Numbered from the stretch's first letter, positions 1 through 11,989 are shown. The stretch: 64,000 nt of DNA from Monocercomonoides exilis PA203 (GCA_001643675.2 LSRY02000011.1:744001-808000), one strand, 5' to 3'. Program-made: numbers and translations. Notes: generated by a model not told the origin, from the sequence alone.

Positions 1-2
1 GC

Positions 3-3000
3 AGCTGCTGTGGAAGAGGAGGGGGGATACATGCAAGTGTGAAAGGAGAAGGAAGTGTGGTTGTGAATGGGATGAGTGTGATTGATGGATGTGAAGCGAA
101 TGGTTTGGGAGAAAGAGAAGGGAGAGGCGGAGGAATGATGGTTGAGATGGGGAGCAGAGATTGTGGATTGAAAATAGAGAGTGGTGTGAAGTTTTCAGTT
201 GATGCAGATAATGCTGCAATGTTTGGGAAGGATGTGTTTGTTTGTTGCAACTCAGGGATATTGCTTGAGTCAAAAGTGAATGCAACTTCATTTGGATTTT
301 TTGATGCAAGAGCCATTCCAACAGATGTTTTGGAGCTGAGTGGGAGTGAGAATGGGAATGAAGACGAAGTGATTCCGCTGTTTGTGTATTTGTGTTCAAT
401 GGGATCAAAGCTGATTGTTGATGGGAGTGGAGAATGGTCATTGGATCACAGCCGATGTGGATTCGAGAAGTTTGGGTGTCTGACGATTGACTATTGCATA
501 AGTGAGAGAGCGAACATAAGCATTCATATAATCGAAGTTGTTTCTGAATCATCAATTAAAAGTGAAGTGAAAGTGGCTTCAAGTGATGTGTGCCTATCAG
601 GGAAAATAGAATCAGTGGAAGAAGAGAAGATGAGAGTGGAGGTGAGTGATGAAGGATCAGCAAACCAAGAAAGGTTTATTGAGTGCACAAGTTCGCTTTC
701 AGTCAGCTATATCACTTTTTCTGTGGATTCTCCTCTGAAAAACGCAAGAAAGGCACTTATTTATTCATCGCTGTCAACACTCACAATCGCAAACTGCTCC
801 ATTTCATTTGCAGAAGAGGCACTGACAAGTGGGATGATAGGATACAGCATTATTGACATTAAAGGAGGAGAGCTGATTGTTGATGTGTTTGTGATGGAAG
901 AGAAAGTGAAGATTGTAATGAATGGCATATCACCAATAACGATGAAAAATGGAACGGAACTGGATATAAAGAACATCAGTGTGAGTGGAGTGGAAGTGGC
1001 AGGTGGGAGTGGAGGAGGATGCTTGAACGTGGAAATCAAAGAAGGGGGGAATGCGAATATTGAAGGATGCAATTTGTCATCAAGATGCTCAGGGGGGAGT
1101 GGGATGAAAGGAGGAGGGGTGATGATATCTGTTGGAGAGAGAGGAAGTTTGGAGATAAAAAACGTGAAGTTTGATGGATGTGAAGTGCCATCAACGGATA
1201 AAGAGGAAGGAGGAAGAGGAATTGGAGGAGGGACATTTGTGAGATTTGCAGAAGAAATGGGATCAACTGTGCTTGAAGGAATGATATTCGAAGGATGCAA
1301 TGCCTGGAAAGGGAAGAATGTGTTTGTTTCAGGATGGGATCTGAGAGAGATAATGCCAAACGAACAACTGAAATGGGAGATAACTGAAGAGAAGTTGGAT
1401 TTATTGGATGAGTTGTGTGGATGGGAGAGGAAGACAACAGGAGAGGGATATGTGATTCCGCTTGTTGTGTATTTGTGGAGCAACTGGAGTGGGGATGGAT
1501 TTGTTTCGAAAGAGAAAGGAGGAGACTTCAGTGGGTGTGGATTTTCAGAAGCACCATGTTCATCAATTGATCATCTTGTTTCATTGAGATACGCAACACT
1601 TGAAACAGAAGAATCAAAGATCATTGTGTCTGATTCAGGATTGCTTCGAAGTTCAATATTATTCTCTTCTTCATCATTATCATTAAACACACCAGTTGTG
1701 AAGATTGAAGGGGAGATAAATGGAACAGTTTTGAGGATTGAAGAAGAAAAGGAAACAGATGGAGAAAATGGAGAGGCAATGGTTGCTTCAGAAGTGATTC
1801 TCTCATTTGTGAATATTTCATTTTCTCTTCCAAATGTGCTTGTCCACCATCTGTCTTTCCTTAAATCATCATCAACGAATGGTACCCTTTCTGTGAAAAG
1901 CTGCTCATTTGTTTGTGAGGATCCCTCAAAAGAAACGGATTTCTGCTTGGTGAAAGTGGATGGAGGGAGTGTGGCAATTGAAGATTGTGCTCTGAAAGAA
2001 TTCCATTTTTCACAAGGTTTTGTGGAATTGTCTTCAGATGTGAAAGTGGCAGATGTGATGAATCTGTCGATCACCAACACAAGCATTTCGGGAAGGAGTC
2101 TGATTTCGCTCAGCGAATCTGCTCTCTCATCAGCCAGCTTATTGAAAGGAACAACGATGCTGAGAGGCAAAGAGAATGGAGATGGAGTGATGTTGCTGAG
2201 CATCAACAGCTCATCATTCACAAGCATCACATGCAATGATAGCAGAGCCGCAATTCTGAATGGTGACTCATCTGATTGTGGAATGAAGTGCTGTGTGGAA
2301 AAGTGTGTGATGACAAAGTGTCTGAGCGAGAAGAGCGAAGAGGGAGGAGGGATGAAAGTGAGTTTGAGGGGTGGAGGAAGTGAGCTGAAAGTGAGTGGCT
2401 GCTCGTTTGGGATGTGCATTTGTTCCATTGTGAAGGGGAGAGGAGGAGGGCTGATGATCGATGCATCTGGCCTTGGTGAAACAGAAGCAGGCACAGAGGA
2501 TGCACCGCCTTTGGGGATAATGATCGAGAGCACCAGATTCGCAATGAATGATGCATTTGTGGGGAAGGATGTGTTCATCCGGTGCAAGTGGATTGAAAAG
2601 CAGATCAATGAGAAGCTGTTCTCGCTGGACTTCAGCCAGGATGCTCTGAAGTCGAACAACTCGATTTGTGGAAACGATGAAGAGAAAAGAGATATTGATC
2701 TGATCCCGCTGATCACATTCTATTATGGGCAGCAGGTGTTTGTGGAAGCGAATGGGAGGGATATGCGACAGTGTGGAGAACAGATGAATCCATGCAAAAG
2801 CATCAGCCATGGAGTGTCTCACATCCAAAAGGGGATCATGAATGCGATTTTTATTGATGGAGAAGGTGACATTGGAGGAGAATGTGTGATGGGAGATGTG
2901 AGTGTGAAGCCAATGAAGAAGGTGAAGGCGACAATCCGTTTCAATGAAGCAATTCAAGAGATGGGAAATGAAGGGAACATGATCATGTTTGTGAATGAGT

Positions 3001-5264
3001 GTGTTGTGGAGAGGTGTGTGTTTGAGTTTGGAGAACAGTTTTCATCGAGTCACAGCTGCATTATGAAAGTGAAGAACGGGACAACAGAGATGAGGGAATG
3101 TGAATGCTTGTCATCCACATTTGTGTTGACCATTCACAGCACAATAATGGGAGTTGAGGGAGGAGAGCTGGAGATGGTCAAGTGTGTGTTCACGAGAATG
3201 AAATTGTCTGTGCCTTTGATTGAATTCATTGGGGAATCGAAAGCAGCCATATCAGAAACAAAAATAGATAATTTGGATTCAGAGGGAAATGTGATTGAAG
3301 TTGGAGACAGAGCAGACGTGGAGATGAAGGAGCTGGATGTTCAGAACATCACTCTCTCAAGAAGTGGAAGTGTGGTGAAAATGCAGAATTTGGTGAAGAA
3401 TGAAGTATTATCGAACTGTTCATTTGGAAAGTGTTTGAGCTCAAAGGAGAAAGGATCGATTGTGTCAGTGAGCAATTGTGCCAATGTGAGGTTTGATCTG
3501 TGCAGGTTCTCTGGGGATTTGGAGGAAGAAGCAAGAGAAGAAAGGAAAACAAATGGAAGAACAGAAGAGGTTTGCAAGTGGAAAGGATCAGTTGTGGATG
3601 CCATTTCAAGCAGTCTGACAATGAAAGACACCACAATCAGCAACTCGAAGAAAGGAGGGCTCTCTTTGTCAGGTGGAAGTGTTGTTATTGAGAAGGGAGA
3701 ATTCGAGAACAACAATCCATCAATTGAGGGATATCCATCATTGAGAAGAAACATCATTTGTTCAGATTCGGGAACATTGAATGTTGTGAGTGTGAAAGGA
3801 GGAGATGGAATAGAGAAAAACACTTCATTGTGGATATTGGATGAAGGATGCAAATTGGGAGGAATAGCAGCTGAAAGCGCATCTCCCTTCTTTATTCCTG
3901 TTCTTGAAGATGTGCAGAATGCAACCAAGCCATCAGGCGAATTGAAGTTGATCATTCATGGGAAGCTGCTTCTGCCATGCAATTTGTCAGTGAAGATAAA
4001 CATGAAAGATGGGGATGTTGAACTTGTTGAAACACAAAAGATCGAAGAAGGTTGGTTTGTATCAGAGAACGAGGTGCATTCAAGAATTTCTTTGGAATTG
4101 CTCAAAGTGATGGAGAAGAAAACAGAAGTGAGTGTGTGGATGGTGTTTGGAAAAGATGAAACATGTTTTTCGAATGGAATTGTGGTGATAAGCAAGAGTG
4201 AGTCTCAATCAAAAGGAGATGAGAATGAGAATGAAGGAGGTGGCAATATCAATAAAGGAGGGACTCGCAAAGAATGGAGCTTGATTGTGATTGTTGTGAT
4301 GGGTGTGCTGTTTGTGATATCCATGCTAATATTTGTTGCAGTTGTTGTGCTTTTGCGAAAGAAACTGAAGGAAGCAGAAAAAAGGGTTTCAAAAGAGAGA
4401 TTAGAAAACGAGCAGATAATGGGGAAGCCTGAGAGGAGAAGAAGGGAAAACAATGGAGGAAGCTTTGAGGTGAGTGAAATTCCATCAACATTGCTGGAGG
4501 GGATGACAAGCCAAATTCCGCTTCTCATTGACAACGATGAAGATCTTCCAGAGCCTCCGTCAATGAACGAAGGAATTTTGAATGAAAATGATCTTCCAGA
4601 TTTGGAATCTTCATTGCCATTTTCTGAGGACGATTCTGCTGCTGGAGCACCAAAATCTCATTCATTCAATGTGATATCAGCGAAGAAGCCATTTCGAGAG
4701 AAAGAGAAAAAGAACATCAAAACATTATACTCGATGATTCATTCCGTTCAAGGTAATTTCACGTTGGGAACAAGGGCGATGGATGTTGTTGATGGGAAGG
4801 AGGTGGTTTTGGCAGTTGCAGAGCTGTTTGAGCATTTGATTTCAGTTGAAGACGAAAGGACGGAAATGATGGCAAGACAGCTGTGCCCATATTCAATCTT
4901 TGTTGAAGAAGGAACAAATGAAATATTTGTGTTGACTGAAGAACTGGAAGATGAGAAACAGAAAGATGAAATGAAGCGATGGAAGGCACCTGAAGAGGAA
5001 GATGAGGAAATAGAAAAAGCAGTTGTATTCACGCTTGGACTGATTCTCCATGAAATGACAACTGGGGAAGTGCCTTTGAGTGAATGCAATGCAGAAGAAG
5101 CGCAGGAGATGATAAGGGATGGGGTGCGACCGCTGACAGAAGGAATCGAAGGAGAAGAGCTGATTGAGGTGATGGAGAAGATGTGGGCAGATGAGCCAAA
5201 TGACAGACCCAGTTTGGCAGAAGTGAAAAAATCAATAAAGAAAATAATGATGGATGAAGGATGA
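3..5264 (+). CDS. Large Cys/Gly-rich receptor-like surface protein with single TM helix and C-terminal degenerate kinase C-lobe; 5' end lies outside the window
   Basis: Frame is open from base 3, so the GTG at 39 is not a true start. Repeated GGG-hydrophobic and C-G-x4-P-C motifs. Hydrophobic segment WSLIVIVVMGVLFVISMLIFVAVVVLL followed by RKK (~4275-4360). C-terminal RWKAPE...VFTLGLILHEMTTGEVP...MWADEPNDRPS resembles kinase subdomains VIII-XI. Confidence 0.85.
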   Translation, partial: SCCGRGGGIHASVKGEGSVVVNGMSVIDGCEANGLGEREGRGGGMMVEMGSRDCGLKIESGVKFSVDADNAAMFGKDVFVCCNSGILLESKVNATSFGFFDARAIPTDVLELSGSENGNEDEVIPLFVYLCSMGSKLIVDGSGEWSLDHSRCGFEKFGCLTIDYCISERANISIHIIEVVSESSIKSEVKVASSDVCLSGKIESVEEEKMRVEVSDEGSANQERFIECTSSLSVSYITFSVDSPLKNARKALIYSSLSTLTIANCSISFAEEALTSGMIGYSIIDIKGGELIVDVFVMEEKVKIVMNGISPITMKNGTELDIKNISVSGVEVAGGSGGGCLNVEIKEGGNANIEGCNLSSRCSGGSGMKGGGVMISVGERGSLEIKNVKFDGCEVPSTDKEEGGRGIGGGTFVRFAEEMGSTVLEGMIFEGCNAWKGKNVFVSGWDLREIMPNEQLKWEITEEKLDLLDELCGWERKTTGEGYVIPLVVYLWSNWSGDGFVSKEKGGDFSGCGFSEAPCSSIDHLVSLRYATLETEESKIIVSDSGLLRSSILFSSSSLSLNTPVVKIEGEINGTVLRIEEEKETDGENGEAMVASEVILSFVNISFSLPNVLVHHLSFLKSSSTNGTLSVKSCSFVCEDPSKETDFCLVKVDGGSVAIEDCALKEFHFSQGFVELSSDVKVADVMNLSITNTSISGRSLISLSESALSSASLLKGTTMLRGKENGDGVMLLSINSSSFTSITCNDSRAAILNGDSSDCGMKCCVEKCVMTKCLSEKSEEGGGMKVSLRGGGSELKVSGCSFGMCICSIVKGRGGGLMIDASGLGETEAGTEDAPPLGIMIESTRFAMNDAFVGKDVFIRCKWIEKQINEKLFSLDFSQDALKSNNSICGNDEEKRDIDLIPLITFYYGQQVFVEANGRDMRQCGEQMNPCKSISHGVSHIQKGIMNAIFIDGEGDIGGECVMGDVSVKPMKKVKATIRFNEAIQEMGNEGNMIMFVNECVVERCVFEFGEQFSSSHSCIMKVKNGTTEMRECECLSSTFVLTIHSTIMGVEGGELEMVKCVFTRMKLSVPLIEFIGESKAAISETKIDNLDSEGNVIEVGDRADVEMKELDVQNITLSRSGSVVKMQNLVKNEVLSNCSFGKCLSSKEKGSIVSVSNCANVRFDLCRFSGDLEEEAREERKTNGRTEEVCKWKGSVVDAISSSLTMKDTTISNSKKGGLSLSGGSVVIEKGEFENNNPSIEGYPSLRRNIICSDSGTLNVVSVKGGDGIEKNTSLWILDEGCKLGGIAAESASPFFIPVLEDVQNATKPSGELKLIIHGKLLLPCNLSVKINMKDGDVELVETQKIEEGWFVSENEVHSRISLELLKVMEKKTEVSVWMVFGKDETCFSNGIVVISKSESQSKGDENENEGGGNINKGGTRKEWSLIVIVVMGVLFVISMLIFVAVVVLLRKKLKEAEKRVSKERLENEQIMGKPERRRRENNGGSFEVSEIPSTLLEGMTSQIPLLIDNDEDLPEPPSMNEGILNENDLPDLESSLPFSEDDSAAGAPKSHSFNVISAKKPFREKEKKNIKTLYSMIHSVQGNFTLGTRAMDVVDGKEVVLAVAELFEHLISVEDERTEMMARQLCPYSIFVEEGTNEIFVLTEELEDEKQKDEMKRWKAPEEEDEEIEKAVVFTLGLILHEMTTGEVPLSECNAEEAQEMIRDGVRPLTEGIEGEELIEVMEKMWADEPNDRPSLAEVKKSIKKIMMDEG

Positions 5265-5802
5265 AGGATGAAGCTGATAGAATATAGTTTCAAAAAAATG
5301 AACCTAAATTATTAAAATTTCTCCCTTAAAAACTTCATAACAAAATTGTTCTGTTTAGTAATTATGTAAATGGAGCTTTTCACATCACTGGTGTTGTTTG
5401 AGTTTTTAAAATTTTATGAAACATTTGTAAATTACCACTCACTGTTCACTTTGGTTTCATGAATAACAAATCATTCCTCATTAAAGTTTCGTTGCTATCC
5501 GATTGTTATATTTTCACTTTCATTATTACGAAGATTTCATTTTTAATGTTGCATTTGGATACTTGATCTTTGTATTGATTTTTTATTTGAAATATTCAAA
5601 TGATAAAAAATTTATTTCTTTATCATATCAATAAAATTAACTTTTGAGAGAAAAATCACTTTCTTTTTGAATTCTCTAAATGTATTTCTGTTCGATTCAC
5701 ACTTCAAATTTTCAACTATTTGTCATTTCGGAATAATATCCACAAATTATAAGAGATTTAAAAATTGTGTTTAGAGTTTTTCTTTTATTTCAAACTCAGG
5801 CA

Positions 5803-5833
5803 TGTCTCAACTATTTGTAACATTCAGAAACTC

Positions 5834-5868
<35 letters not shown>

Positions 5869-6357
5869 CAGATCTTCTCTTATTAAATGCATTAATATAA
5901 AAATGAAAAACTTGTTAGGGGTGAATTTTTCGTTTTTACAATATAGTGTGTCACAAATCCGGGAAAGTGTAAAAATTTCAGCTTTCAAAAACTTTTCACT
6001 CATTCATTTGCTTCAAATTATATAAATGAAGCATTTGAAGAAATAAGAATTGCTTTTCTAATATTATTGTGTTCGCAGAGACCCTTTTTCTTCAGCTTTT
6101 TTTCAAATACGAGATATGAAGAAAAAGGGTCTCTGCGAACACAATAATATTAGAAAAGCAATTTTATTTCTTCAAATGCTTCATTTATATAATTTGAAGC
6201 AAATGAATGAGTGAAAAGTTTTTGAAATTTTCTGAAACGAAAAATTCACCCCCAACAAGTTTTTCATTTTTATATTAATGCATTTAATAAGAGAAGATCT
6301 GAAAAAAAAAAAAAAAAAAAAAAAACGAGTTTCTGAATGTTACAAATAGTTGAGACA
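5803..6357. repeat. Foldback palindrome (MITE-like), arms 5803-6094 and 6117-6357, 22-nt loop
   Basis: TGTCTCAACTATTTGTAACATTCAGAAACTCG... is the reverse complement of ...CGAGTTTCTGAATGTTACAAATAGTTGAGACA. Poly-T (~34) mirrors poly-A (~24). The left arm has ~45 extra bases. Confidence 0.9.
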
Positions 6358-6678
6358 CACCAACGAAATCATTCTGAAAATCTTTTATCGATCATTTTCA
6401 GGGATTTCTCTTTTTTGAATTTTTTGCATATAATTTTTATTAGTGGGTTGGGACTTTGATAACTTGTGGGATGAGGTTTTTTGCTTTGTGAATTTTGTTC
6501 CACACGTTAAACCCTATTTTTTTCTCTATTAAAAATTTTCACTATATATGTCTCAATTTTTTTGAAAAGTTCCTTTTGTTAAATTTACAAATATATATAA
6601 TATTTCTTATTTCGATCAGATTTCTGTTTCCACTCACCAAATATCGCTGCAATGAAAATAAAATTTTGACAATGTTTA

Positions 6679-7636
6679 TAGGGTCAGAAATTTATCGGTA
6701 CCCAAAAAATTAATCGGGACCTAAATTTTCTGGCTCACAGGAGCACTTTCAGTAAAAAATAAATAATAGGAAACCTTTTTGAAACTTTTATATACTATGC
6801 CAGAAAATATTTTTTTTTTATTTCTGTAAATAGATCTGAAATTTTTTGTTTTATTTTTTTGATCAAAGACTTGCTCATATTTTCACGAGCTTTTTGTTTT
6901 GAGTGTTTTGAGCTATATCATTGTAAATTAACTGAACTTATTAATGCCTTTGGTTATTTTTCATTGTTTAACACTTCGTTTTTTTATTATTTTTTCCATT
7001 TCACTCAATTTCGACAAAATGAAGAATACATTTGAATAAATAAGTTTTTTCGTTAATTCAAAGAGGAAAATATGAAAACTATCAATTAACAAAGGTATTC
7101 AAAAAGATGAAAATCTTTAATTCTTAATGATCGAGATTATTTTTCAAAATAACATGTTTTTATGTATTTTAGCATTTTTTGCTTCAAATCACATTCTTTC
7201 ATTTCAAAATCTTTGTAACGCACATAACAATCATTTTTTCAACTTTTCTTTAACACGAAAAACCATGACAATTTCAAACTCTGCTATTGTTTCTAATTTT
7301 GTCAAAAAATCATGAAATGGAAAAAACAATAAAAAAACGAAGTGTTAAACAATGAAAAATAACCAAAGGCATTAATAAGTTCAGTTAATTTACAATGATA
7401 TAGCTCAAAACACTCAAAACAAAAAGCTCGTGAAAATATGAGCAAGTCTTTGATCAAAAAAATAAAACAAAAAATTTCAGATCTATTTACAGAAATAAAA
7501 AAAAAATATTTTCTGGCATAGTATATAAAAGTTTCAAAAAGGTTTCCTATTATTTATTTTTTACTGAAAGTGCTCCTGTGAGCCAGAAAATTTAGGTCCC
7601 GATAAAAAAAGGGTATATGATAAATTACTGACCCTA
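6679..7636. mobile_element. Non-autonomous long-TIR (foldback) element with ends TAGGGTCAG...CTGACCCTA
   Basis: Near-identical 291-bp inverted arms at 6713-7003 and 7313-7603 around a 309-bp spacer. More diverged inverted similarity continues outward to ~6556 and ~7741. No coding capacity. Confidence 0.8.
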
Positions 7637-7910
7637 TTTCCATAAAAGAAAAGTTTCGTGAGTGAAAACAGAAATATGATCGAAATTTGAAATATATTTT
7701 TTATTTTAAAATTTTACAAAAGGAAGTTTTCAAAAAAAAAATATCCATATTTTATAAATAAATACGTCCCACTAAAAATGACAAAATTGCAGAAAGAGTT
7801 TGGATCAAAACGTTGTTTTTTCATTTATGCAAAAATTTTGTCCAATATTAAAAAGAAGGAAAGAATCAAAGAAATGGAACGAAGTTTTGACTTTTATGAA
7901 AATATGAAAA

Positions 7911-10357
7911 TAGGATGATTTTTTAATCCAGACATTTTTTTTAATCCGGACATTTTTTTTGCGTTTCTCACTAAATAAAAACTGAAAATAAAATAAGCAT
8001 ATTGAACCAGGTTTGAATGTATATTAAATGTTTATTCAAAAAAAAAATAATTTTGTCAATTTTTGTTTTTGTTGAAGATCTTGGGAATTTTTAATTTATT
8101 TTTGATCATTTGCTTTGCTCGTTAATAACCCACTCTTTTTTTCTATTATTTTTTGCTATTGGACCGGATATCATACATAATAATCACTTCCAATTTCAAA
8201 TCTTTTATGCTTTTTCTTATTTTTTCGCAAGTTTTTCGCATTTCATTGTTTTTAAAGATAATTACAAAATACTTATTTTTTCCTCAACTGTTATTTGTTC
8301 TTTCAATGAAAATACCTATATATAATGAAAATTAGGGTTTTTTTTATATCCGGACATAATGTTTATTTTTTGTTAAAAAAATTAAATATTTATTATAAAT
8401 CGCATGTTGAAATTTTTGAAAAAATGCAACAACCAATAGTTAATATAATTCATCAATTCTCGTGAGAAAAATTTTTCTGGTATTTCTTCGTTCATTATCA
8501 TCTCATAAATCATCATCTTTTTAAATTTGGGATAAAATTTTTTCTTTTTTTTCGGCTTCTCTTCAGAAAACAAATCTTTTTCAATTTTTTCTTCAGTAGA
8601 ATCATCAATATTCTTCTTCTCTTTCATCTTTTTGTATTCTTTCCATTTATCTTAAAATGCTTGGCCTGAAATATTTTTTTCCATGGAAATTGAAACGATG
8701 GGATTTTTTTTTCCGCTGAACTGAAGGAGTGTCAGATAACTTCACCAATACAGAATTAAATCGTCCAAACAACACACCGCTCTTTTCAAATGCAGAGTGA
8801 ATTATTGAAGGAAGCAATGCAGTTTGCAAAGCCTGTGGCAAGGCATTTTCAACTTCATTTCATCGAAGTGAGATCAAAGAGGAAGATGGAACAACATAAT
8901 TAGAATTGAAACATTCACAAAATATAGCAAAAACAACACAGTCAAGTGGTTGCGTTTGATGAGTGCAATGAAGAATGGATGTTACTGCATCAATTGATGC
9001 ATCTACATATTTTTATCACAGATCTGGCTGTGCTCTTGAAGGATGAGAATCCAAGAGATGCAAGCATCTATCTCGTTCATATCCAGTTATTTTCTTCTTT
9101 GTGCAATTCCAGACAGAAGAATCTCTTCAGCATATCAAACAATCAATGCATCAGTCATCCACAATTGTCTTCTCAGACATGAAGCTGCAGGCTGAGCAAG
9201 ACTTTTATTTCTTGTGGGAGTTTTTATGATGACAAATGAATTAGGTTTGGTTAAGAATTACCATCAGCTGCAACTGCAACCACAAGAGTGGATTTTGGCA
9301 TATAGATTGGTGTTTTGGAAAACCCGACTGGAACTTCTGAAGGATGAACGGCTAGTTGTTTTGTGGAGTCGGAGAGACGAAAAGAAGATTTGTGGGTGTT
9401 GAAGACGAGTGAAGGAGAGTTTTAGTAAGAGTCATGAAGCGATTGAATAGGAGAGAAGAAAATTAAAAGAGATTGTTTGTTTTATACAGATATACGTTCA
9501 AAGTCAACGAGATGAAGAATGGATGTTTTAAGATCTGGATTTCGTTTGATAAAGAAATATGGTATTGACTTTGAAATTATGACTTCCGATTTTTCTTCTT
9601 CACCACTTTGAATTTTTTTATAAGAAAGCACTGATTCAATCTTTCATTATTATTTAAAATAAATATTTATAAGAAAGAAATGATAATGAAAACCTGTTGT
9701 TTTGTTTGAGTAACAGAATAACTTCCTCCTGTCATGCTTTCTATTTTGATGACTTCGGAAATCACTTCTTTGCCTTCTTAAGTGAAAGGCTCTGGTCGAC
9801 CAACTTTTCCCACGGTCCCACCCTTTTCAATGGCAGTTACAGCTCGGTTTATCGATGAACGAGAGAATTCATTTGGATTTGCAGTGTCCGCAACACGGCA
9901 TTTTCAATCAGCAATTATTGCAGCAATACGTACTAATCGATTTTTAATTTTGACGACACTGGAAAGATTTCGTCAAATCTGTCAATATCGTTAATCCACT
10001 TTCTTTTCTTTGTTTCACGATACATATGCAAAAAATATACGAAATGATTATTTATTTTATTAAATAAATATATCCACTTTAGAATAGAAAAAAAACAAAA
10101 ATAAATATAATTTTTATCTCATAGAAGTCTTTTTAATTAGCTTCGTTGCAATTTCCTTATCTCCTCGGAGGAGGCATAAATCAGATGGAGATTCTAACCC
10201 TCACATCTTCTCCCCATCAGAGAATAGGTGAAGTAATTTAATCTTAATTTCTAACTGCTGACTTTTCCTTATATACTAAAAACAACTTATAAAATATGAA
10301 ATGTGGGTTGATTAAACTAATTATTAAAATTTTTGTCCGGATAAAAAAACCATCCTA
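7911..10357 (-). mobile_element. Decayed pogo-like DNA transposon with 24-bp TIRs
   Basis: Left TAGGATGATTTTTTAATCCAGACA (7911-7934) matches the reverse complement of the right end TAGGATGGTTTTTTTATCCGGACA (10334-10357). It encloses transposase remnants. Confidence 0.8.
8382..10030 (-). pseudogene. DDE_1/pogo-type transposase pseudogene
   Basis: Minus-strand fragments with stops and frameshifts: SRSSINRAVTAIEKGGTVGKVGRP (N-terminal GRP motif), WMTD, CLHLLDSHPSR (second catalytic Asp motif), and ALQTALLPSIIHSAFEKSG, which parallels SYQSCTIPIINRAAFRRAG in the intact transposase at 56-58 kb. Confidence 0.7.
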
Positions 10358-10387
10358 TTCTTTTTCGAATTAGAATTATTTTTGGAG

Positions 10388-10470
<83 letters not shown>

Positions 10471-10490
10471 ATTAATAAATAAATTAATAA
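10388..10490. repeat. (TAAA)n microsatellite
   Basis: About 20 perfect TAAA units followed by degenerate units. Confidence 0.95.
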
Positions 10491-10498
10491 ACTATCTT

Positions 10499-10891
10499 TT
10501 CACTTTTTTTGCAGCGAATTCTCTTCAATCGTATAACGCCAATCTGCAATGGACGATGTCATGCTTTCCATATTTGTTTTGACCGCAAATGAAAAGCTTC
10601 GTCGACTTCTAATCGAACTGATAGTATCTTATTTCATCCAACAGATTCATGGATGAAGTGATCGGAATCGAATTCTCAATCAAAATAGACAAAGTCGTTG
10701 TATCTGCGATTGAGGGTTTTAAAGTTAATGATATGTACAAGGATGGTGAATGTTTCATCATTTCTTCTTCATTTTCATCCTCCTCCATCTTCTTTATCAC
10801 TCTTTCGTAGCATAATCTGAGTCTTGCCCATTTATATATTCTGCAGATCTACCGTTGCTCAATTGCTGCTCAAATGATTTGAAATGCCATC
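10499..10891 (-). pseudogene. Possible decayed coding remnant, unknown product
   Basis: Coding-like composition. ATG-started frame with internal TGA/TAG, then an apparent frameshift into ...SIRSRRSFSFAVKTNMESMTSSIADWRYTIEENSLQKK*. No recognisable motif. Confidence 0.25.
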
Positions 10892-11989
10892 TTTTTCAAT
10901 AAAAAAATTTTTCCAACTCCATTTCATATTCTTCCGATTAAAAACCTTTGAAAATCTCTTTTTCCCATCACATTTTTTTCTATTTCTATTATTATTTCGT
11001 CTCGCTATCTATTCCTTCTTCAGTTGTAGAAAATTTGTGAATTAAAAGCAACGATTCGATATCTTGATTAGTGCACAGAGTTTATGTTCAAGAATAAGCA
11101 ACAAATTAGTTGAAGAAAATACTGCTTTAATTAGCTGAGAGGAACATCTTTCAATATCAGAGCTTCATGTTCCATCGAAAGTAGATTATGCATCCAAAGG
11201 CTCTTCAAATAGAGCTTATTCTTCTTCCCGGTTTCCGTTTGGCTTGTTATGGTTGCAGCGCATGTGGAAAAATAAAACTTGAAAATAGTTTGACGTTGAA
11301 GGAGATTAAGAAAGACAACATTAACGATTACAAAAGCAAGAATTCGCGAAGTTATGAGGCTGAAGATCAAAATGTGACTGTTTGCAGTTAAAAATGATGA
11401 AGATAGAAACAATAAAGGAAATAAATATAATACGAATGAAAATCTTTTTATAGAAAAATTGATTTGATAAAAGTTAAGCTGACATTCAAATAATCAATAA
11501 CTCTTTTCAATCAGAAGCAATAAAACCGTAAAATATCGATGATATTCTTCAACCTTAACAATATGCGAATTTTCATTATTTCAACAATCAAAAATGCTAC
11601 AAATGCGCTGCAAATTCTTTTTAGTGCATTTGCATCAAATATATTTTAAAAAGAAAGAATGATTTTTTTTCTTTTTTTATAAAAGAAGATTTCAGATAAA
11701 ATAACATTGAAATCAACAATTAAAATATGTACATTTATGTTATGTTAAAGGCAAAACAATCCGGCAACTTGAACTGTCAATTATGAAGAAAAAACTTTGA
11801 ATAAAAAATTCAGTAATTAATAAGACAATTCTACAAGATTTTTAAGCTTCAAAAACAATTATCAAAAAAGCATTAAATAATTTCGAATTATTTTACAAAA
11901 AGCTTATTTTTATGATTTTTTAAAATAATTATGATCGATTTCTACCATTCCACAATAAAAAATACCCATAATGTGTATACAAAGATCAG

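Noticed and set aside
761-5293. Minus-strand ORFs opposite the first surface-protein gene
   Set aside because: Antisense shadows of a purine-biased coding strand; no motifs.
5803-7741. CRISPR array or structured RNA gene
   Set aside because: These are inverted repeats with no repeat-spacer periodicity and no tRNA or rRNA signatures.
11131-11412. Short ORFs including CYGCSACG
   Set aside because: No recognisable domain or supportable gene model.
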